64,000 nt of DNA. It comes from Pirellulales bacterium. Its GTDB lineage: Bacteria; Planctomycetota; Planctomycetia; Pirellulales; JALHPA01. The notes under the pieces were generated by a model, which did not search any database, was not told the DNA's origin, and was given only the letters and a program-made list of their open reading frames with translations. The stretch is from positions 1,633-65,632 of the forward strand of contig JASGKV010000010.1 in the NCBI GenBank assembly GCA_049840575.1, given 5' to 3'. Each line of letters opens with the position of its first letter. Positions within the stretch are counted from its first letter, which is position 1. The position numbers were made by a program, and so were the translations under genes. This document shows, piece after piece, positions 12,327 to 24,545 of this stretch.

Positions 12327-13636
12327 GTGTGGGAGATTTCGATCATCCTGGTTTTGATTTTGGCGAACGGCGTGTTCGCGGGCGCCGAAATCGCGATCAT
12401 CAACTCGCGCAAGAGCCGCCTGCAACCGCTGGCCGACCAAGGCGACGGCGGCGCACGCCGCGTTGGACTTGGCAGAAGATCCCAACCGCTTTCTCTCGAC
12501 GGTTCAGGTCGCGATCACGTTTCTCGGCATGTTCGCCGCCGCGTTCGGCGGCGCAAGTCTGGCCGGCAGCTTCGCCCGGTACATCGAATCGTTCGGGTTC
12601 GTGTGGCTGAACGAAGGGGGACACGCCGAGAACATCGCCTTCGGTTTGGTCACCACGGCGATCGCCATCGTATCGTTGATCCTGGGTGAACTCGTGCCCA
12701 AGCGTCTGGCCTTACGGAAAGCCGAGACGTTCGCCCGACTGGTCGCCCCCATCATGCAATTCGTCGCGTTGGTCGCGCGACCGTTGATTTGGGCGATGGG
12801 CAAGGCCACGAACGCGGCGCTGTTTCTGCTCGGCCGCGAACAAAACGAGCCGAGCGTTTCGATCGACGATATCGAACACATGATCGTCACCGGCACCGCC
12901 GAAGGCGTGGTCCAGGCGGTCGAACAACGCGTGGCCGTGGAAGCGTTGCGTTTGGGCGAGCGCAGCGTGAAGCAGGTCATGCGGCCGCGCATCGACCTGG
13001 ACGCGCCTCGACGCCGACACTCCGCCCGACGAAGTGCTGGGCGCGGTGATGATGGCGGGCTTTTCCCGCTTGCCGGTCTATGAGCACGATTTGGATCACA
13101 TTTTAGGATATGTGCATATCAAGGATCTCTTTCGCCAGCATTACATGGGCTGGCCGCTCGACCCGCGCAAACTGATGAGGCCGGCGCTGTTCGTGCCCGA
13201 ATCGATGCCGCTCGATCGGTTGTTGCAGTTATTTCAAGAGCAACACAACCAATTGGCGATCGTGCTGGACGAGTTCGGCGGGACCGAAGGGATGGTCACG
13301 CTGGAAGACGTCGTGCGCGAACTCGTCGGCGAGATTCGCGACGAGAAAACGCACGACATGGCGCAAGCGATCGTCAAACGCGACGATGGAAGCTGGCTGC
13401 TGGACGGCGCGGTGGGGATCGACGAATTTTGCGAAGCGTTGGAACTCAAGTCCCCGACCAGCGAAGAAACCCGTGGCTTCAGCACGCTGGCCGGACTGAT
13501 CCTGGACGAACTCGGCCACCTGCCTAAGATCGGCGATTCGCTTGTGTGGCGCGACGTAACCTTGGAAGTCGTCGACATGGACGGCATGCGGATTGATCGC
13601 GTGCTGGCCGCGAAATCGAATCCGACCAAAACCTAG
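12327..13636 (+). CDS. CNNM/TlyC/CorC-family protein (DUF21, CBS pair, CorC_HlyC; frame breaks near 12450 and 13010)
   Basis: The pieces are VWEISIILVLILANGVFAGAEIAIINSR, then FLSTVQVAITFLGMF...ELVPKRLA, then the CBS region MRPRIDL/FSRLPVY...AIVLDEFGGTEGMVTLEDVVRELVGEI, then the C-terminal transporter-associated domain. Confidence 0.85.
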
Positions 13637-13647
13637 TCGACGCGAAA

Positions 13648-14166
13648 TCACTTCTCGGAAAAGATCGACTTGCGAAACAACGGTTTCGCGAATTTCACTT
13701 TCCCGTCCAAGATGATAATGCCCTGCATGCGTCCGCCCCCTTTTTCGTTTTCGATAATCGCGTCGTAGACCCCGATGTCCTTGGGGAAGCGCACGATGGT
13801 GTCGCGATACGTCGCGTTTTCGCGCATGTCCCGCACTTCGACTTTCCGAATCGATCCCTTCTCGGGCTCGCCGCCTTTGTTTTTCCGCAGGTGCGTTTTG
13901 GCTTGAGTCAGTTCCGGTTCCAGCTTTTTCCAAACCGCATCGCCGGAATCATCGCCGAGTAACTTCACAAGCGCCGATCGATCGAGGAAGTAGGTCTCGA
14001 CCGCGGCGATGCGTTGTGCCGAATCGTCGGACGCCATCCCCGCGTTAAACTCGCGCAGGGCGATCTCGATTTTTTGTCGCGTCTCTTCCGGGATCGTCTC
14101 GGCCGCCTCGACGTAACCGACCAGCGACGCCAAACAGATAAACAGGACGATCGTCGATCGCATCAT
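13648..14166 (-). CDS. Secreted hypothetical protein
   Basis: 172 aa with signal-like MMRSTIVLFICLASLVGYVEA. No recognisable family. Confidence 0.55.
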   Translation of the reverse strand: MMRSTIVLFICLASLVGYVEAAETIPEETRQKIEIALREFNAGMASDDSAQRIAAVETYFLDRSALVKLLGDDSGDAVWKKLEPELTQAKTHLRKNKGGEPEKGSIRKVEVRDMRENATYRDTIVRFPKDIGVYDAIIENEKGGGRMQGIIILDGKVKFAKPLFRKSIFSEK

Positions 14167-14234
14167 CCGCCTCTCAAAAGTCGTTAATAAGATTTCTAGA
14201 GATTCTCGTTAGCGGAGTCGTTCCGCATCCGGAG

Positions 14235-15295
14235 TTAAATCGGCGGAGCGTCGCTGATGATGCCCGGCGTGATCAACGGGGCAGGGCCGTCGGTTGGGCC
14301 GTGAGTGTGACCATGCCCATGACCGCCGTGCGAGTGATCGTGGCCTTGCTCCTCGACGTAAACCAACCCCCACGCCAACCCTAAGCCCAGCAACAACGCC
14401 AACGACAACTTAAATCGATCATGGCTGTGGAACTGCAACTCGGGCAAGAGATCGCTGCCCGCGATACAGATACACGCTCCGGCTGCGAAAGCCAACGTGC
14501 CGCCGAGCCAAAGTTGCTGATCGCCGCCGCTGTTTTGCAAGCCGAGATAAAAAAGGGCGGTCCCCAACGGCGCGATCAACGCGTAGATGACGCTGACCGT
14601 CGTAGTGGCGCGATTCGACCAGCCCGAGAAGCGCATCAAGCTGGTGATCGACATCGAATCGAACGGCTTATGCAGGATCACGGCCAGAAAGTAGCCGAAG
14701 CCCGCCCAGCGAACCAGGGCTTCGCAGGTTTCGCCGTGCGTGACGAATTCGGGATGCACCACCGCGCCGAGCGCGAGTCCATCGATGATCGTGTGCGCCG
14801 CCAGCCCGAAGAAGACTCCACCCAGGTCCATTTTCCCTGCGGCAAGGCATGGTCGTGATGATGATGATGATCGCAGCCGGGACCGTGCGTGTGGTCGTGC
14901 GCATGCTCGTCGGCCAACACCGGCAACGATGCGCCGGCCAGGGGCGAATCGACCACGACCGGGGCAGGGGAGGGAGGTTCTTTCGCGGTCGGCTCTTCGT
15001 AAACTTCGTGCGTATGAAAATGAAAAATCCGTTGCAAGAAAAACGTGACCATGAAACCGGCCAACGTCAGTTGCATCACCGTATCGATGCCGCCGTGCTC
15101 GCTTTCCTCGAAAGCGAAGTAGGCGTGAGGAATCAGGTGCAAGATGCCGATTCCCAGCAAGACGCCCGCGACGAAACTCAGCGCGAATTGCATCCGTCGA
15201 TGCGTAATTTTGACGAATCGCGGCGCATAACCGCCGGCCAGCGACGCCAGAGCGATCAAAACGCAATAAAATACGACGAGCGGAAATTCGGTCAT
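14235..15295 (-). CDS. ZIP-family divalent metal transporter with a His-rich loop (frame break near 14840)
   Basis: The N-terminal TM region is followed by HAHDHTHGPGCDHHHHHDH. After the break it reads GGVFFGLAAHTIIDGLALGA and HKPFDSM, ending in a His-rich tail HDHSHGGHGHGHTHG. Confidence 0.85.
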
Positions 15296-15560
15296 GTGTC
15301 GACAATAACGCGGAAGCGCGGCGTTCGCCGCGAGGAACTTACAAGTCGATTGCATCTAGCAGCATCGAATATCGTTCCCACATCCCGTTTTGACTAGGGG
15401 CGAATCTCAAATCGGAACGAATTTCGCCTCCCGTGAGCGTTGACGAAACAGCGTGTAACCGCGAAAACGGCGACCGATCCGCGATTGGACACGTGAGCTG
15501 ACTCTGAAACACCAAAGATCGGATCCCCGGTATGACGGAGTTGGGTTTCATTCAATAGAG

Positions 15561-16019
15561 GTGGCGTTCTTGCGAGCTTGCTTACAACGCGTTTCCCGTG
15601 CATCGGTTACGGTCGCCGGTGAAATCGTCGGTGCGATCGAACGCGGATTGGTCGTCCTGTTGGGCGTCGCGGTCGGCGACACCGATCAAGACTTGGAGAC
15701 GATGGTCGAAAAGATTCGCACGCTCAGGATCTTCGACGACGCCGACGGCAAAATGAATCTCAGCGTAGCCGATGTCGGCGGCGCGGTATTGTTGATCAGC
15801 CAATTCACGCTGCTGGGCGACGCGCGGAAAGGTCGTCGTCCCGGCTTCATCGACGCCGCGCCGCCCGAGATCGCCAACGCGTTTTATGAACGCGCGGTCG
15901 CGTCATTGCGCACGGGCGGTTTGCTGGTAGAGACGGGGCGCTTTCGGACACATATGGAAGTCTCCCTAGTCAACGACGGTCCGGTAACGATCTTATTAGA
16001 CAGTCGCAAAACGTTTTAA
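15561..16019 (+). CDS. dtd: D-aminoacyl-tRNA deacylase
   Basis: [29 protein letters not shown] and the C-terminal [10 protein letters not shown]. Confidence 0.9.
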   Translation: MAFLRACLQRVSRASVTVAGEIVGAIERGLVVLLGVAVGDTDQDLETMVEKIRTLRIFDDADGKMNLSVADVGGAVLLISQFTLLGDARKGRRPGFIDAAPPEIANAFYERAVASLRTGGLLVETGRFRTHMEVSLVNDGPVTILLDSRKTF

Positions 16020-16103
16020 GACCGAGCGACTTGGCCTACACTCGAAACGTTATCGCCAAGCGGAGCAGGGGAGCGCTGTCTCTTTTCAGCCTGCGTCGCG
16101 CGT

Positions 16104-17704
16104 TCAATTCGATAACGACGGAAACCGATCGAGTCCGCGGAAGTCCAACTGCTGCGGTTCCGGTTGTTGCCACGGATAGGCTTGCGATCCGTTCCAATCG
16201 ACCGGGTAGGTGCGCGGTTGCGAGACGGAATTGTAGCCGTTGGCGTTGAGTGGTTGGCCATTCCGCGCGGGCACGTTGTTCAACGCCCAAGCGGGCTGAC
16301 GCGAATGTGCTTGATACATCGAGTACGGCGAAGTCGTCGGCTGAGTCGGCGCGATCCCGTTCGAACCGTTGCTATATGGCGTCGTTCCGTAGGGTGTTGT
16401 CGCGTTGCCGCCCGTACCATAGGGCGTCGTGCCATACGGAGAAACTCCAGGTGCGGACGAATAAGGGAGTCGCGACCCGTTTAAGGCGCCGCCTTGTAGT
16501 TGCCATGTACGAGGGTTGAGGTTCGATGTCGCCCCGGACGAGGTCGTCATCGCGCCGAGCGAGGGCGAATGTGAAAGGGGTTCGCTCGCCGGCGGTTGCT
16601 CGGCGGAGTAGGGGAGCGCACCGTAACGCGGCGCGGTATCGGAGATGCCGAGCGGTTGCGTGAACGGCGGCGAATGCTGCGGCTGAAACAATCCTTGCGG
16701 CGTCGATTCATAACGAGGTTGCGAGATCAACGGCTGCGACGGATAGCGACGCGCTCGACGCCGTACGGATCTTGCCCGTATTGCATGGGAGGGATGATCG
16801 ATTGCGGAACAAACGATTGCGTCGCGGGCCGCAATCCATACGGATTGCCGGTGATCGGTCCGTCGGCCGTCTCGGTCGTCGGCCAGAACGCGGGATTCGA
16901 CGCCGGCGCGTAACGCGAGTCGACCGGAATCCGGTTCCACGGATGGTCGTAGGCGCTGAGCGGGATGCCGTCGTACGATTTGTGAAACAAATTCTTCCGC
17001 CAGGCTTCGCCGTTCGCGACGGCGAAGCCGTCGCTGCGCAGGCGACCGTCCATCCAGGGCTCCACGTAATTCGACCACGCCGGATCGCCGGTCATGGCCA
17101 ACGTCAACACGATCAACACGGCGTAACAACCGAGGTTGGCGGCCGCGCCGTCGCCCCAAAACTTAAGCGCACTGCCGAAGGATTTTTTGAACCGCACCAA
17201 GCCCCAGTTGACGTCGATGCTCCAAAGCTCGTCGAGAATCAAGTGCGAGAGATACCCGGTCATCACCGCGCCGGCGTTCAGGAATCGCAGCGCGACGTTT
17301 TCGTTGTCGAAAATCAGAAACGCCAATTCACCCGCGATCACCGCTGCGGGCAGGCTGTGAAACATGCCGCGATGCACGGTGTAACGTTTTAAGAATTCGG
17401 CCGCGCCGAAGCGAACCACCAAATAAATGACCGCGCTGACCAGGATCAACGACTCGAACGAAAAGCCCCATTTCGCGAACCGTTCGACCATCATCATCGG
17501 CAAAACTGCCGCGGCGAACGCCACGCTTTCGCGCAGCGGCACGCCCGAGTCGCTGTCCAAATCGGGCATCATGCCGGCGATCGAACAGAGTCCGCCGGCC
17601 AAGACGCAACTCGACAACGGCACGTCGTAAAAAGCGTGCGCGGCCAACCCGCCGGCGATCCCCAAGACGGTGCTGGTCGTGATGTGCGTTTGAAAATCGG
17701 CCAT
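16104..17704 (-). CDS. Membrane-bound metal-dependent hydrolase (YdjM/DUF457-like) with a long Pro/Tyr/Gly/Ser-rich C-terminal tail (frame break near 16750)
   Basis: MADFQTHITTS, multiple TM segments, HRGMFHS and SHLILDEL. The tail continues in another frame with TTPYGTGGNATTPYGTTPYSNG-type repeats. Confidence 0.7.
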
Positions 17705-18022
17705 GAGGGACGTCCCTGTCTCGTTCCGGCTCGTGTGCGGCGAATCGTTCGGTGCGCAATGTGTCTCTAGGAAAACGGGGTAACTTTAGCGAACCGAGTC
17801 GTAACGACCAAGAGCAATCGCCTACCACGGCATCGCAAAAACGCTAGCACCCACGGTCCTTAAGATTCGCGATAAGCGATTCTCGCATCTGATTTTTGCG
17901 TTCGCTCCCCTGCCCGTTTTCGCCCTTTCGCAGAAACGCCCCAAGAGGCTACACTTCGCGCCCTCGCTTGCGCGAACGGATTCCGCGCGCCGCCGACACC
18001 TTCCGATCGAACGTGCGACGCC

Positions 18023-19032
18023 ATGGCCGGTTACGACCTGTTGATGCTCATCATCGTGATCGCGACGACGGTGTTCGGCGCCTCAAGGGGATGGCGTGGC
18101 AACTGGCCACGTTGGCGTCGCTGGTCGTCAGCTATATCGCCTCGTATCACTTCAGCGGTCCGTTAACCGACACCGGCCTCTTCGGCGACAGCGCACCCTG
18201 GAATCGATTCGCCGCGATGTTGGTCGTCTACTTGGTCGTGGGCTTGGTGATTTGGATGGGTTTTCGCGTCGTGGCCGAAGCGATCGACCGCGTCAAGCTC
18301 CGCGACTTCGATCGTCAACTCGGCGGCGTATTCGGATTCGTCAAAGGCATTCTCTTCTGCGTCCTTATTACGTTCTTCGTGGTCACGCTCTTACCGACGT
18401 TTCGCGACAAGGTGATCGGCACGTTTTCCGGCCGCGGCATCGCCAAGCTCTTGGCCAAAGCGGACACGTTAATGCCGCCGGAATTTCATACCCTCTTAGA
18501 ACCTTACCTGAAACGATTCGAAGAGAACCTGCAACCGAATTATCTGGGTGCAGACCCCGCCTCGCGGTGGCCGACCAACGTCGCCCCGACTCCGGAAAAC
18601 GTCGGCGACGCCTGGGCCCGCGGACTGCTGCCGGGCTCGCCGCAATTCACGGGTCCGCAGCGATCGGGTTACGCGCCGTCCGGCACGCAACCGCCGACAG
18701 TCGACGGGCGCATTCCGCAACCCTATTCCAACGGCGATCCGAACGGAGTTTGGTCGGGCAGGGGAGCGGCGCAAAACCCCGCGCCATCTGCCGTTCCTCA
18801 GTCCGATCCGCGCTCCGCCCCCCCCGGTCCGCAACCGCCCCCGGCCGGATACGATCCGCGCTACCAACCGTATCCGTCGGGCTACCCCCAAGGAGGCCTG
18901 CCGCCGGGGTACGATCCCCGGTTCGGGCCCCCTGCCGGAGGGTCACGATTCGGACCGCAAATCGGTCCGCCGCAATCGCCGGTCGAAGACCTGCGGCGTT
19001 GGGTCGCGGTCCCCGGCGAAGCGCCGCGCTGA
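18023..19032 (+). CDS. cvpA: CvpA-family membrane protein with a Pro/Tyr/Gly-rich C-terminal tail (frame break near 18085)
   Basis: MAGYDLLMLIIVIATTVFGA joins to KGMAWQLATLASLVVSYIAS in the next frame. DRQLGGVFGFVKGILFCVLITF follows. The tail reads GYDPRYQPYPSGYPQGGLPPGYDPRFGPP. Confidence 0.7.
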
Positions 19033-19411
19033 GCTGGAAGACGTGAATGAATTTCGCCCTGATCGATTCGCTCGCGACGATTTGAATCACAGAACTGGAT
19101 CGGCAACGAGCATATCGAAGACTCATGTCTCCGTGTGATGTCGCGAAACGGCAGGGAATGGAAACGACGCGGAATACAAAACGCTGTTTTCCGCGGAAAA
19201 CGAGGGGTCCGAACCGAACATAAGAGAGATTATCGGACGTTGCGTTACGGATTCGAACGGGGCTGGGTTCGTGGTCCGAGTCCCTGCTCCGACGACGCGC
19301 CACGATGAATTTCAGGTCGAACTCGGACTGCGCCTCAGGCGCTCACGACTAGGCGTGGTGGTGAGCGAGTCGGCACAACGGAGCAAGGATGGACGACGGT
19401 TCCAGCACGAG

Positions 19412-20384
19412 TTATGTCGCAACGCCGGATTCCAAAAACTTGCCCATCCGCCGAAATTTTTCATAACGCGTTTCGACCAGTTCGGCGGTCGGTTTCGCGG
19501 TCAGCTCGCGCAGCGATTTGACCAGATACTGCTTCATCCGCGCCGCCATTTGCGGATGGTCGCGATGGGCGCCGCCGAGCGGTTCCTCGATGACGTCGTC
19601 GACCACGCCGAGGCCCGGCAGATGCTTGCTGGTCATCTTCAAGGCGGCCGCGGCTTGTTCCTTAAAGGTGTGGCTTTTCCAGAGAATGCCCGCGCAGCCT
19701 TCGGGGCTGATGACTGAATAATAAGCGTGTTCGAGCACTGCGATTTTATCGCCGACACCGATTCCGAGCGCACCGCCGGAGCCGCCTTCGCCGATGACGA
19801 CGCAGATGATCGGCGTTTGCAGCCGGGCCATCATAAACATGCTCTCGGCGATGACTTGCGATTGGCCGCGTTCCTCGGCGCCGATACCGGGATACGCCCC
19901 GGGCGTGTCGATGAAGCAGATGATCGGCAGCTTATATTTGGCGGCCATTTTCATCTTAGACATCGCCTTGCGATATCCCTCGGGATGCGCAGCCGAAGTG
20001 ACAGGCTTGGCGTTCGGCCAAGGTTTTGCCTTTTTGGTGACCGACGACCATCACCTTGAATTGATCCAGTTTGGCAAAACCGGTTTTGATCGCGTCGTCG
20101 TCGCCGAACGATTTGTCGCCGTGCAATTCGACGAACTCGCTGAACATGAGCGAGAGATAGTCCGACGTCATCGGACGTTCGGGATGGCGCGCGACTTCGA
20201 CGGTTTCCCACGGCGAGAGTCCGCCGAAGACCTGCTTCTTGAGCTCGGCCAATTCGCGACGCAATCCGCGCAATGATTCGAGCACTTCTCCGCTTTTATC
20301 GTGTTTGGTTTCCAAAGCGGAGATACGGTCTTCCAATTCGTAGATCGGCTTTTCGAACGTCAAACGATGCATCGCGACGGCCAT
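19412..20384 (-). CDS. accA: Acetyl-CoA carboxylase carboxyltransferase alpha subunit (frame break near 19975)
   Basis: ARHPERP, GDKSFGDD and FGC/HPEGYRKA span the break. Then IICFIDTPGAYPGIGAEERGQ and SVISPEGCA. Confidence 0.95.
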
Positions 20385-20451
20385 ATCGATTCGCTCCGGG
20401 CGGTTTCCGTAATTCGATTTGAGTGTACGATTCTGCCTGCCGAGTTCGGCG

Positions 20452-21327
20452 TCAAACGGCGACCGACTTCAACACGCCGGCTTTCAGTTCGGCGGCGACG
20501 TCGGTCATCGTGTTCGGTCGATCGGCGGGTTTCTTCGCCAGCATCCGTTTCATCAACGCCGAGAACGCCGGCGCGACGTTCTTGTTGTACGTCTCCATCG
20601 GCGGCGACGGACTACGCAGATGCTTGTTCAACAATTCATTCGTGTTCGTCCCGGTGAACGGCGTCTTGCCGGTCGCCATTTCGAACGCCATACAGCCGAA
20701 GCTGTAAATATCGGCCCGCTGATCCAGCGATTCGCCGCGAATTTGCTCGGGCGACATGTAACTTCGCGTACCGGAGATCTGCTTGGTTTTGCCGGACAAC
20801 AGTTTGCCGAAAAACCCCTTGATCGGCACGGCGATGGCGAAGTCGATCAGCTTCACTTTGCCGGCGTCGTTGATCAGATAGTTGTCCGGCTTGATATCGC
20901 GATGAACGTAACCGTGCGTGTGAAACGCGGCCAAGCCCAGCGCGGCTTGTTGCAGGATCGACGCCAGTTTCGGCGCGAGACCTTCGACGCCGGCTTGCTG
21001 CAACGCTTGCTTCAAGTTCATCGACGGAAAGTATTCCATCGAGACGAACGGATGCTCGTTCTGTAGACCGTATTCGTAAATCCGAATGACGTTCGGATGT
21101 TCGAGATCCTTGGTGACCGCGAACTCTTTCTTCATCATCGCGATCTGCTCGGCGTCGACCTTGGCCAGGACTTTGACGGCGCGACGTTCGCTTTTGCTGT
21201 CGATCATCGCGTCCCAGACGTCGCAATGGCGTCCGGTCCCGATCTGGTTCAATAACCGATGGGAGCCGACGTACGCCTGCGAAGTCAAGTTGATCGCCAT
21301 AAGCCCGATCCGCGGAAAAAACGGCAA
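20452..21327 (-). CDS. Ser/Thr protein kinase (kinase domain only)
   Basis: VAVK-like RRAVKVL, HRDIKPDN, KLIDFAIA and GTRSYMSPE. The frame is intact. The true start may be the MAINL Met about 27 nt downstream. Confidence 0.9.
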   Translation of the reverse strand: MPFFPRIGLMAINLTSQAYVGSHRLLNQIGTGRHCDVWDAMIDSKSERRAVKVLAKVDAEQIAMMKKEFAVTKDLEHPNVIRIYEYGLQNEHPFVSMEYFPSMNLKQALQQAGVEGLAPKLASILQQAALGLAAFHTHGYVHRDIKPDNYLINDAGKVKLIDFAIAVPIKGFFGKLLSGKTKQISGTRSYMSPEQIRGESLDQRADIYSFGCMAFEMATGKTPFTGTNTNELLNKHLRSPSPPMETYNKNVAPAFSALMKRMLAKKPADRPNTMTDVAAELKAGVLKSVAV

Positions 21328-21446
21328 AATTTCAACAATCGCTTATCTTAATCCGCAAGTCTGTTTACGACAATTCCATCGACCGTCGCGCGTGGGCGAT
21401 ACGTAGCGAATCGGCGGACGTTTACGTTCCCGCAAAACATGCGGTT

Positions 21447-22341
21447 TCAGTAGGTCACATCGACCAGATAGAGGCCGCGCGCCGGAGCATTCAATCCGGC
21501 GACGCGACGATCCTTGGCCGCGAGCGAAGTCGCGGCGTGCTCGACCGGACGAAGCCCGCTGCCGATGTGCGCCAACGTGCCTGCGATCGTGCGCACCATG
21601 TTGTACAGAAAACCATCGGCCGCGATCTCGATGGCGATCAACCGCTCCGGAGCGAGTACGGTCGGCAATCGCGCGCACAACGCCGGATTTTCCACGCCCC
21701 CCCCTGCCCCATTCGGAGTCGGCTCCACATACGGTCGCCAGACACGGAGTTCGTCGACGGTGCGGACCGTCGAAAGGCGTTTCGAGCCGCTGGATTGGAA
21801 CGCGGCGAAATCGTGCGTGCCGACCAAGGCCCGGGCCGCGTTACGCATGCGTTCGACGTCCAACGCGCGATGCGTCCACCACAACGCATTGCGGGCGAGC
21901 GGCTCGGGCACGGGATTGTCCGAGATCGAGATATCGATAACGCTTGAGCTTAGCGGCCGTGCGCGGATGAAAATCATACGGAGCTTCGGCGATCTCCAAG
22001 ACCGAGATGTCCGGCGGGAGATGCCCATGCAAAGCACGCAGCCAAACAGCGGGTGCCAAGTTCGAGTGCGTGCGGAACGTCGCGACCTGCCCCAATGCAT
22101 GAACACCGGCATCCGTGCGTCCGCTGCAGTGAAGCGCAACGCGCTCGCCGGTGATCATCCGCAGAATGCGCTCGATAACGTCTTGAATCGCGTTGCCGGC
22201 GGCTTGCGATTGCCAACCGGCGTAGGCGGTTCCGTCGTAGGCCACCGTCATCCGATAATTCCGCACGCCGGGACCGGCGGGCGGAGCATCGGATCGGTTT
22301 AAGTCCGGCGAACGATCGTCGTTTGCTTCAGGCGTGATCAA
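21447..22341 (-). CDS. truA: tRNA pseudouridine(38-40) synthase (frame break near 21935; start uncertain)
   Basis: VAYDGTAYAGWQSQ, the catalytic SGRTDAGVHA, then GTHDFAAFQS and FLYNMVR in the second frame. Confidence 0.9.
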
Positions 22342-22349
22342 CGAAACAC

Positions 22350-23376
22350 CTACGCCAGTTGCGGCGCGGGTTTCTTAGCGAGCGTGGCCAACAGTTCGGC
22401 GATCTGCACGGCGTTGGTCGCGGCCCCCTTACGCAGATTGTCGCTGACGCACCAAAACGCCAAACCATTCGGTGCGGAGATGTCTTCGCGAATCCGCCCG
22501 ACGAAGACTTCGTCGCGACCGTCGCAAGTCAGCGGCATCGGATACTGTTTGGCGGCCAAATCGTCGACGACCACGATGCCTGGGAACGCGGCGAACAGCT
22601 TGCGTGCTTCGGCGACCGTCAACTTCTTTTCGGTCTCGACCAAAATGCTTTCGCTATGGCAGTTGCTCACCGGTACGCGAACCGCCGTCGGGCAGACTTG
22701 GATCGAGTCGTCGCCCAGAATCTTGCGGGTCTCGTACACCATCTTCATTTCTTCGCTGGTATAGCCTTCGTGCTTCGGCGAACCGATGTGCGGAATCAGG
22801 TTGAATGCGATCGGATGCGCGAAAACCTCGGGCTGGTGGCAGCCGCCGTGCAACTTCATGTGCGTGCCGTTTTCCAACTCGACCGAGCCGGCCAATCCGG
22901 CGCCGCTGGTCGCTTGGTACGTGCTGACGACCACGCGTTTCACGCGCGCGGCGTCGTGCAACGGCTTTAGCGCCACGACCATTTGCGTGGTCGAGCAGTT
23001 CGGGCTGCTGATGATCCCTTTATGCAATAGCGCATCGTTGGGATTCACTTCCGGAATGACCAGCGGAACGTTCGGGTCCATGCGCCAGTAACCGCTTTCG
23101 TCGATCACAACGCAGCCACGTTCGACGGCCCAAGGCACGAAATCGCGCACGGTCTCGTCCGGCGTGCTGCCGATCGCGACGTCGACGCCCAGAAACGAAT
23201 CGGGCTTCAACTCTTCGACGATGTGCGGCTTGCCGTTGAATTGGATCGTTTTGCCGGCCGAGCGCGCGGACGAGAGAAACTTGAAGTTGCGCCGGGAACT
23301 TCCGTTCTTCGAGCAAGCGCAAAATGATGGTTCCCACGGCGCCCGTGGCGCCGACGACGGCCAGAGTCTCGAACAC
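22350..23376 (-). CDS. asd: Aspartate-semialdehyde dehydrogenase (frame break near 23290)
   Basis: MFETLAVVGATGAVG, the active site SPNCSTTQMV, YQATSGAG and NLRKGAA. Confidence 0.95.
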
Positions 23377-23525
23377 GGCGAATCGCTCCCGAAATGAAGT
23401 CCGACGAAAAACGCGATCGTAACGATCGAATCGATTATTTTAGCACGCCCCGCCCTGCCCCGCGAGTCGGTGTGAGTCGCCTGCTGCGGCTGTCATGGGA
23501 GAGGAATTGCCCGGCGGAGGTTCGC

Positions 23526-24545
23526 TCAGAGCCGTTTGGAACGAGAAACGAACGGCGACTTTTCGCCGCGTCGAGCGCGGTTCCGGAACGCGATCGATGT
23601 AGTCGTCTTCGTCGCGCGAAATATCCATTCGAGGAATGTCCGAATCGTCGCGCTTTCGACGAACGCCAAGTTCCCGATTAACATCGCCAAGCCGAACGTC
23701 ATCATACCCATCCAAATGCCGATCCCCAGATGGACGGCCACGGCCATCGCCAGCATCATCGGGCGGAAGAGATGGGGCCAAATCAAGACGGCGTAACTCA
23801 ATTCCCAAAACATCGTCCCTAACGTCACCGCCGAAATCAGTTCCGGATACCGAGCGATCCAGACGGCGTCGAGCGATTGATATTCCAGATTGCCCACCGC
23901 CATCCAAATGGCGTCGCCCGTCCACCACGACGCGCCTTGCAGTTTGCCGAGCGCGGAAAAGAAATAGATCAAACACATGTGACATTGAATCAACCGAATC
24001 GCGATGTTCGCGCCGACGCTCGGTGCGGCGATCCGCGGCGGATCGCGGCGACGACGCAACCACGCGTCGACGGAAAACGCGTCTCCTGCGGGGCCGATCA
24101 TCACATACATCGCCAACATCGAGTTGACCGCGTCGAGCCCGAACAGCGCGAACGGCGCGCGACGCATGTACGAGATCGTCAACAACCACGCGGCGACGGC
24201 CGTGACGCGAGTGAAACAACCTAACATCAACAGCGTGAACACGACGAGCGCGGCGAGATGAATGCCCCACAACGTCGTGGAATCGGAAATCCAAGTGAAG
24301 TGCGACCAAGCATAGTCGGCGTATTGTGACGCGCCCGGCATGATGGCCGCCCGCGCGGGTTCGTCCAACCATCCCGCGGTTCCGAAAAAGCCGTCCCAAT
24401 CCAGCGTCCAAACGGTATGCGTATAGAGCAACATCGCGGTGGTCGCGATCCGCACGACGCCGAGCGTGGCCGGATCGCGCGGCGCGAACCAGAAGCGGTT
24501 CCAACCGTCGACCGTGCCGCGATAGAGTTCCCGAAAATAGCTCAC
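23526..24545 (-). CDS. HTTM-domain membrane protein (vitamin K-dependent gamma-carboxylase-like / SdpB-like)
   Basis: 339 aa, polytopic. The N-terminal WNRFWF.P.DP..LGVVRI pattern and overall layout are typical of HTTM. Its start overlaps the upstream stop (ATGA at 24542-24545). Confidence 0.8.
   Translation of the reverse strand: MSYFRELYRGTVDGWNRFWFAPRDPATLGVVRIATTAMLLYTHTVWTLDWDGFFGTAGWLDEPARAAIMPGASQYADYAWSHFTWISDSTTLWGIHLAALVVFTLLMLGCFTRVTAVAAWLLTISYMRRAPFALFGLDAVNSMLAMYVMIGPAGDAFSVDAWLRRRRDPPRIAAPSVGANIAIRLIQCHMCLIYFFSALGKLQGASWWTGDAIWMAVGNLEYQSLDAVWIARYPELISAVTLGTMFWELSYAVLIWPHLFRPMMLAMAVAVHLGIGIWMGMMTFGLAMLIGNLAFVESATIRTFLEWIFRATKTTTSIAFRNRARRGEKSPFVSRSKRL

Noticed and set aside
11133-13636. 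An apparent in-frame fusion of glutamate 5-kinase to the DUF21/CBS transporter, since there is no stop between them in the 518-aa ORF.
   Set aside because: ProB normally ends just after the PUA domain, and a stop is reached at 12278-12280 after a 1-nt shift. Given the density of indels in this contig, a lost stop through a frame error is more likely than a real fusion.
19240-19275. GGATTCGAAC (minus-strand GTTCGAATCC) in the cvpA-accA intergenic region looked like a tRNA T-loop.
   Set aside because: The flanking bases do not form a T stem, and no acceptor or anticodon arms can be drawn. The 380-bp convergent spacer does contain palindromes (GTTTTCCGCGGAAAAC, GCGCC-TCA-GGCGC), but I could not assign an RNA family.
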